Positions 20,101-29,100 of a DNA stretch of 56,324 nucleotides are shown piece after piece. The stretch is from Candidatus Omnitrophota bacterium (GTDB taxonomy: Bacteria; Omnitrophota; Gorgyraeia; 2-01-FULL-45-10). Under the pieces are notes generated by a model. The model ran no database searches, had not been told where the DNA came from, and saw only the letters and a list, made by a program, of their open reading frames with translations. The position numbers and the translations under genes were made by a program. The stretch lies in contig JAFGJL010000023.1 in assembly GCA_016929115.1 (NCBI GenBank), positions 1 to 56,324 of the forward strand, written 5' to 3'. Positions within the stretch are counted from its first letter, which is position 1, and the number at the start of each line of letters is the position of its first letter.

Positions 20101-23100
20101 GATGTCTCGGGTCTGGTCACGGCCGAGTACTCCGCATCGGGCATCCGCGAATTGCTTTCCCGCGTTGCGCAGATCGGCAACAATATTCTCATAGTAAAAG
20201 ACCACTTCTGCCTATTCGACGACGGCCCGATAGCGCATACGAGGCGGGGCACAAGCGGCAGACATACCGCCCTGTGGCTCGGCAGCAAGCTCTTCACCCA
20301 CCCCGATATCACGGACGAGGACATAGCCCTCCTCATGCTCGAAGAGACCAAGCACATACTCTTCCCCGACGCGCCGCACGACAAGATCCGCCATTCCGAA
20401 GAGCTCAGGAAGAAACTTCTCAGATGCTCCAGAGGCCTGGGCGAAATCCCGTCCGAAAAGCTCTGTGAAGCCGACATGTCCGCGTCCAAAAATAAAATAG
20501 GGACAGACACCAATATCCCGGCGGCGCAAAAGATCCCTGAAGTGCAAGTATATTTGGAACACGATCGCGTTTTTTACCAGGTCACCGGCGCACTTGATGC
20601 CGGAAAGATCCCGGCCGGCCTGCCGCTTATCGTATTCGATTACCACAGCGATAATTTTGAGACTAACCCGGGGAACGGCATCGGCCCGGCGAATTGGGTA
20701 AGCTATGCGGCCCGGAGCGGGGCGGTGGGCGACATATTCTGGGCTTATCCTCCCGACGACCACTCGCTTTTATACAGGGAGAACGATTGTTTCAAAGATA
20801 CGGATAGCGATTGGAAGTCGCTTATTCTGAGGAACCTGCCGTTATTCGGAAAAGGGGTCATTCTGTCCTTCGACATGGATTATTTCGCGAGGATCGAGGA
20901 TGCCGGACAAGTTGGGCTCCTGCCGGAAGCAGGGCAGGTGAGGCGGCAAATCCTGGAGGTGTTCAGGTTCTTAAGAGAGAAAGGCATTCCCGTCCATCTG
21001 GTCAACGGCGCCTACTCTTCGCCGCGTCACGCTCCTATGAGCTACAACAAGGAATTTAGCGACGCGCTTTTCGAAGCGGTTTTGGAAAACAAGGGCTTCG
21101 GCCCCGGCACGCCGCACATCGACCAGCCGATGGATGACGAGAAAGAAGAAGACCCCGCTGAGTTTAACCGTAAGGCATTTTCACTGCTCGGCAATGTGGT
21201 AAGGGCGGAGCTCGGCGAAGATTTTAAGGGCACATACTGGGCCGGGGGATGCGATATTGAGATATGCAAAACAGTAGGAGGCGAATGGAATGTTCAGGGT
21301 TTGGATTATGAATCCGGAAAATATAACAAGCGTTATAAAAGAGATTATGATGACCCGAATAAGGTAAAAGAGGCGGGATTCACCCCTGTTTCCTGGGATG
21401 TCATGACTCTTGAGTTACCTCCGGCTATAAGTTTAGGCTCCCAGGACGCCGCTCTTATTAAACACCCGGGAGGGGATTATCACAGTTTCCGCGAAGGACT
21501 CTGGTATTGTGTGACAGCATCCCTGAGAGAAGGGGGCTTGTTGATAACGGATACCCCGATCCCGGAAGAATACACGGATGTTTACGAACGGATCGTTGAC
21601 CTTGCGGGGAAAGATGGGGTCGAGGAGATAGAATATATCTGGGACGAGGGGTGCCCAAGAAAGCTAAAATTAAAACTATATCGCAGAAAAACATATCCCG
21701 ATGTGACGCGACAGCTTCAGCTTATCGATAAAGCCGCGGTGGCTCCCGAAGATAAGATAAGAGTTTTAACAGGCTTTCTGGGAAATTACGGCCATCTTGA
21801 AGAGGTGAGGCGCAGGTTGGTCGATATCGGCCAACCTGCCATTCCCCACCTTGTGAAAGCGCTCATATCGTGCAAGGACGGATTTATCAGGGGCATTATT
21901 GTGCGGATATTGATAGAAAGCTCGCACAGGTCCATCATCCCGACGCTTATCGATTGCCTGGGAGATGAAGAACGCCTGGTAAAAAACTCCGCCTCTCAGG
22001 CGCTGGTTAAGTTCGGTTTAGTCGCAGTTCCCTTTCTGATAGAGGCCCTGCCGGATGATGAGATGAAAGTGGAGATGGCTTATGAAGAGAGGCAAGAGAT
22101 AAGAGCAAGAAGCGACAGAATAGAGGATGTACTGAAAGATATCGGATCGCCCGCGGTGCCGGTTATGATCGATGCCCTGAAAAGAAAGGCCGGAAACGAG
22201 TCCGAGGAGCGAAGGTGCCTTTCGATATTGTACGTTTTGGAAAAGATCGGAGATAAAAGGGCCGTGGGAGTATTATGTGAGATCGGGAAAAATAGATCCC
22301 AGAGCAAAGCCGGCGAACAAATGCGCCTTTTGGCAGTGAGGGCATTTGGGAAAATCGGTGGTAAAGCGGCCCTGAAAACATTGAGAGAAATTCTGTTTGA
22401 TGATGGCGAAGACGCCGACATGAAAAGTCGAGCAGCAACCTCTTATACAAGTATAGAGATCCCCGAGGCCAAGTCCGAAAATATTAGACTGCTTATCGGT
22501 CTTTTGGCGAGCTGGGAGCAAAATTACGTAGAGCCCGGAGAAAGATTGGTCCAGATCGGAGAGCCTGCCATTCCACCCTTGATAGCGGCTTTACGAGACA
22601 AGAGTAATGATAAGTGCATGCGTTTACGCATTGCGAATCTTCTTGGCCGGATAAAAGATGCCCGGGCCATTCCCGCGCTCACGGGCTTTTTGCTGGAGCA
22701 GGTTTCGGAGAGGGACGAACCTCCAGTAAAAAAAGGCGGTTTTTTATTTTTCGACGACAGGGGAGAGTTCTTTCCTTATATCGCAAAGATATTGGTTGGC
22801 TTCGGGCCTGAGGCGAGAGAAGCGATCCCGCTCCTTAAAAAAATGCTTAAGGATGAGGATGAGGAATATCGAAAGGCGGCCGAAGACGCCTTAAAAAATA
22901 TCGAACCCCAAAACACCGAAGGCCACGCTACCAGCGCCCCGCCTGCCGGCTCGCCGGCCGAGTGCCTGAGGACAATATTCTGCGACAGCGGCCTGAGGAC
23001 GAGGACGGATATATCGGCAAAGGACCTTCTCGGGAAGCGCAAAAAGGCCGATGGAACGGCCGCGCTCTCGCCAAGGACCATATATAAGGAGCTTGAGATC

Positions 23101-26100
23101 CTGAAGGCGGTGGGGATATTGATAAAAGGCACGAGGCCGCATACCTGTCAACTCAGGCCCGAGCTCTTAAATCTCCCTCCGCCCGTTAACGGTTCATTGC
23201 ATCCGACCGTCGAAAAACTCTGCGGCATCAAGGTGAGGGGTATCGAATGGCTCAGGCGTTATTCCGTACCGCCTGAAGCGATCAGAAAACTAAGAGCCAA
23301 GATAAGAGGCATATTACCCGCGCCATCCGGCAGTAACATCGTATACGGAACGGACATCGAAGAATTCAACGAGGCAAAGCGCGTTTTGCTGGGGCATGTC
23401 CCCTCGACCTCGAAAACGAAGACAGAGAAAATAAAGTTCCTCGCATTTTGGTATAATTCGTTGAAAGCGCTTGGGGTGCTCAAGGAAGCGCTTGATAAAT
23501 ACAAGAGAAAAACGAGGATAGCGGCAGAGATAATATCAGCCATACGCGACCTGAAGCGTTACGGTATTCTATATGAGCAGATCACGAAAAAAGGAGGAGT
23601 GGAGCAGAAGAGCGTCGTAGGCACCATCTGGCATGCCGCCACGGAGATAGCAAAGAGCGAAAATGTCAGGAAATTCTTCACCATCATCATAAATTACCCC
23701 GATAATTGCATCACCCTCCGGTTCCATTTCCCGCGAAACAGGCCTTTCCAACGTCTCGGCAGGCTCATGGCCCGCCTTCGCGGCCTGTTCAAACACAGAG
23801 GGATAGATACAGATATCAGGGCCGAAGACGTCGATACCGATAATACGCGCGGCGACATCAGGATCGAGCTTAATATAAATATAGCCAATCTCCACTCTTT
23901 CTGGCGGGCGCTGGGAACATCCGGCATCAAGACCAACGAACGCGGTTATTACAGGGCGTTCACCGACGAAGAGCTCATCGAAAAGACGGAACAGAGGGCC
24001 AAGAGCCTTCTCGACGGCATAAAAGACCGGAAGGAGCGCGAAGATTTTATAGCGTACGTGTGGGGAAGGGGCACAGAAGACGCTCCCGGCATCATCGGTA
24101 TTTTGCGCGACAAAAATAAATACGGCTGCCTGAGGCATATAACCGTAGAAACGTTAAGAGGCGGCGTCGAGACTTTTCAAGCGGCGCCCGGGAATAAATG
24201 TTCGTACAGCGATCTTCGCCTGCTGGGCAAGTATAACCCTTATTTCGCATCCTACATACCGGAAGATGAGGGGATAATACAGCGCTGGATATATCTCGCC
24301 AGAGGCGCGGGAAGCGTTTTCGAGACCGCTTACCTAAAAAGATTGCTAAAAGGCCGCCTTGACGAGGATTACATGTTCTTTATTTCCGAGCATACCCTGG
24401 GCCATCAGAGGAACCCCAGGCAGGGTGTCCGAACGGAAATGAGCGATCTTGTATTGGGAGGGATCAAGGACTTCAAGTCCCTTAAGCTTGCGATGATGAG
24501 GCGGCTGAGGAAAAGCTACTATACCCGGTGCGAGATAAGGATAGCAGGCAAGCCCGGGTGGGTGAAGTTCAGGAAGAACAGGCTCCGGGAGGATGAAGAA
24601 GGCCGGAGGCGGGAATCCATGCCGGTTTACGACAGGCCGGGAGGCGGAGCGAAGATCATAGCCTGGATCGAAAGGGTTAAACAGAACCCGGCTTCAGGCA
24701 AGCCGGTCATCGAATCTGTAAAGATGACCGATCAAGAAGAGAGATACCTCAGCAGCGATGAGATAGAGAAGATCGAGACCGTTGACGGCAAGGGGGAGGC
24801 CACAAAAGGCGTTGGCAGTGAAAACGATATCATCATCCCTTACGCCGCGAACGCCCTTTACGCGCAGCTCAGGGCCACTCCCATACTGAACGGCCTTAAA
24901 TATACGGATAAGAACGGCAAGCCGATAGTCCCAAAAGTGTGCATTATAGACGAGGTGGGCCACGGTTCGTGGGATCTGTTCGCTGCTTTCGTGATAGAAG
25001 AGCTTTCCAGAAAAGATATGGAAGATATCGACGAGCTCCGGTTGCGCGAGGAATGCGCGCGCAGGCTGGGCAGGGAGATCCGGCCGCCCGAAGACGGGCA
25101 TCTGTCCAGGATCACGGAAGAGGAACTGGGGGATTGGGAGGATCTGGAAAATGCGATAAAGGACATAAGGCGCAAGGATGATGAGTCGGTGGATGTGGTG
25201 AATTTTATAGGCAGGCAGGGGACAGGAAAGATCCTGACGCGGATCATCCCCGGCTACCCCTCTTTGAACGAGCAAAAGATGATGGATGATTTCGGGATAG
25301 GGCAGAAAGAGGCCAGGCGCGCCATCAAGTGGGTAACCGATAAAGCCGGTATCGTTCCGCACCCTTACATGGTCGACAGGTCAGAAGGTAGCGCGTTGCC
25401 CGTTTATTATGATTATATACCGATAAGACTCGAATCGAGGGAGATCCATATAGGCGCGTATTTAAAAGCGATGCTTATCTATAACGGCGTCATCGAATAC
25501 TATAAGAGGGGTTATAAGAGATGGGGGGTGAAGATCCTTAAAGGCCTGGTAAAGAGCAGGTCCTTGCCCGAGCGCGTGCGCCTGGCGGCGCTTGACGCTA
25601 TCGGGGTCTTCCCCTACAAGGAAACGATCGACGCCCTTTGTTCGATAGGGAAAAATAAGCGGTTATTCGATAAGGCGCAAGATACGGCGCTTGACGTATT
25701 GGAAATGATCATGGATGAAGCCGTTGTTTTTGGGGCCGATCGGGATATCGAGCGTGTTAAAGATTACCAGAGCCTGTTCCACAGGGAGGCGCTTGTCAGG
25801 AAAATATCAAAAAAGAGGGCTTTCCCTGAATTGAAAGACGCGGCGGGAAAGATCCTCGCTTGCATAAAAGACGCAAGGGAGAGGTTTATCGTCGTCGGGA
25901 TCGGGTTCAAGGATTACGACGGGCTTCCCATCATGGAAAGGAAGAGGTACAGGTTCGCGAGGGTGAATGAGTCCCTCATTTATGTGGTGCCGATCATGTC
26001 GGATACCACGGAAGGGGCGGCGAAAGAGCTTGACAGGCTGAAACAGACGCTTGACGCCGGCGCCGCGATCCTCGCCCCCAAGGATGTGGTTGCGCAGGAC

Positions 26101-29100
26101 GGACAGGGCGCCAGAATAGACCGCGGCTATCTGGCAAAATTGATAGGGCGTGAGAACCGCAAGAAGAAGTACGGGGAAAACGGGCCTGAAAGCGCCACGC
26201 CCCTGATAAAGAGCGCTGTCAAAGATATCCGCGTTGACGATTTCGCCGAGCGCATCAGCTGGGTGCTCGGCAACGATGAGATAGCGGGCAAATTCTATCC
26301 TAGCGGTAAAAAAATAAGCGGCATCACCATCACGGGCTTCTCTTCGAAGCGCGGCAGGGACATCCTGGACCTTTCGATAGAGGAAGAGGGCGGCGGCGCA
26401 ACCGCTTTCCGCCTCGCGCTTTACAAAAAAGGCTACGGCCTCGATACGGATATAAAGGACAGGTACGAACGCCTTGCCGACAGGTTCGTCATCATGTACA
26501 GGAACTTCATGCTCTTGGACCACGGCAGGGATTTTGACACTGTCAGGATCGGCCTGACGGACGAGATAACCGGCCTGATAATGGAGGCGTTCAGGAACCA
26601 TCTGGAGGGCGAGGTCTTTGAGTTTACGCAAAGCGGTTCGGATGCCCGGGTCTATAAAGACGCGTCTTCGAAGCTCGTGGTGAAAGAACTGGTCGATCAG
26701 CACAGGGATGTCTTCAGGATGCCTTCGCCTTTTTATAACAGCCCCATGATCAGTTACAAGCTTGCCCGGCAGTATCTGGGGCACCTGACCATAAGGTTCG
26801 CCTTGTTCGAGAACCTCAAAATAAAGGTGAAAGAAAAGGACGGCATCGTCAGGGAAAAGGTCATCAAGAACGCGGTGGTGCAGAAATTCGTCCAGGAATT
26901 CTTCAAGGAAGGCATGTGGGACCCCAAGGCCAACTACAGAAGGTACAACGGCATCCTCGCCGACGCCATATCAAGGGGCGATATGGATACGGCCAAATTG
27001 CTTATCGAGGAATACCTGATCAACATAAGGGCTTTGATAAAAAGGGGGATAGTGGATTGGGACGTGAAACCGGACAATTACGGTTATGACCCTTCGGTAG
27101 GCCATATAGGCTGTCTTGACATGGGCAAGGTCGTCAAGTGGAGCGACGTTAACCGCGATACGACGCGCATCTTCCTGCGCAACCTTCAGTTTACAAGGGA
27201 TTCTGTTCACGACTGGGCCAAGTCCGTGCTGCCTGCGGAAAAGGCCGATGAGCTGAAGAAATATTTCGAAGATGCCTGCAGGGATGTATTCAGGATACGG
27301 GACGATTTCTCCTTCGATATATCCAAGACAGTGGACGAGCTTGAAAATCAGACCTCCTACGGGGAGCTGGATGAGGACATCAAGGACCTTTCGGGCAGGA
27401 CGATAAGCGGTCTTCCGGTCTGTTACGCCGGATACGCTAAGACGCGCGAAAAAGCGGTAGGGCTTATCGCCGCTCATCTGCGCGATTCCGGAGTAGATGT
27501 CGACTCGCTGGAACGCCTTTTCGCGCGGATCGGGTTCAGCGAAGCCTCCAGAAGGTATGATTTGACCCAGTATTTCGGAAGGAGCGTCGCGTCGGCGGAC
27601 ATATTCTACGCCGATTTTGAGGATGATGACTATTGCGGCATCAAGGTGCGCAAGACCGGTACGGCGCCGACAGCGGCGGCGGTCCTGGCGAGGCGCGAAT
27701 ACGAAGGACAGCCGTTAACCGACGAAGAGTACGAGGCCATCGTGGGGGAGGTATGCAGGATACTCCTCAGATATTACATGCCCCAGCAGGATGTTTACAA
27801 TCTTCTGGCAAGGGTCTTGAACCTGGACGCGGCCGTATTCGTGAACCGCCGCCTTTCGGTGGAAAGGGAATTTTCCAAAATAGATTTTTCAAAGCTGAAC
27901 GAGAACCATAAGCTCCTCTTCAGGGATCTCCTGGGTATCGACGGAAGCGAGATAACGCTCGAGGATGCCATGGTGGCCTTCGATAAATTGAGGGAGACCA
28001 GGTTCTATCCATGGCATATAGGCCTGGACAATTTCTCCGTCAGGCGCGAAGGGGGCGGATTCAGGGTCGAGATACTCTCGTTCGACGAATTTGTGCGCAA
28101 ATGCCGGGAAGCCGAGGCCGTAATGCGCATGCACGACGAACTCGGCATCAAGTTGAGCGAGGTCTTCGATTCGCTCGAGCCGGTCCTGGGGCCGAGCGGC
28201 GCCGCGGCGTTCCTCGAAAAGCTCTATTTCCAGAGCTTGAACAATTTCCCGCTCCTGGAGGAAGTCGTCCCCAAAAGGCTGCAGACCCTTTATGAGAAAA
28301 AACAAGGCCTTTTATCAGGGGCTTATCTTGAGAAAAAGTTCCCTCTCGCGGTCGTCTCCCCGCGGGAGGAGCGGCGCATATCGCCTCATTCCGCGTATGT
28401 ATTGCTGAGGTCGGAATTCAATGGGAGCTGGCAATCCACCGCTATGATACGCCTCATGGTGCGCGGCAACGGCCTCCGCGGGCTATTCCCGTTCGACATT
28501 GTAAACCGGAACCTCGAAACGCTTGTTTATTTAGGGCTGGCCGAGAGAGAAGGGGAAGGGGCCGCCGCTTTCTACAAAGCGTTCGAAATCACAGGCCGTG
28601 AATTTACGGATATAGTGGAGCCCGTTTTAAAAAGGCTCGGTGGCGCCCCGACGTCTGTCGAGAAGGAGAACGCGAGAAATGAGTTATGGATCAGGGGGAT
28701 ACGCAACCTTGCGGATCGTGAAGGACGGCCTTTGAGCGCGCCGCGCGTTCCGGCCAAAAAAGCCCGTCCGGATACCGCCGAGGCGGAGCGCGAACCGGCA
28801 AAAAGCGGCGGCGAGGTCGTTCAGGATTGGTACAGGGATGTAAACCGCCATCTCGCGAAGTTGTCCGGGGTAACGTCCGGCAGCAGCGTTCTTGAGATCG
28901 GCGCCGGCACAGGCATCTCCACGGCCATCATCATGGAGCAATTGCAATATAAAGGCGATATAATCGCGCTGGAGCCGAACCCGGCGCATCTGAGATTCAC
29001 GCAGATGGCTATGGGCGATTCGCGCGCGCGATTCATACAGGCGGCGGCGGAACAGGTCAGGGATGTCGTAAAGGAGCCCGTTGACGCCTCATTCCTATTT

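Noticed and set aside
25807-26784. 325-aa antisense ORF inside the giant gene, and the many other antisense ORFs
   Set aside because: No recognisable motifs; shadow ORFs are expected opposite GC-rich coding sequence
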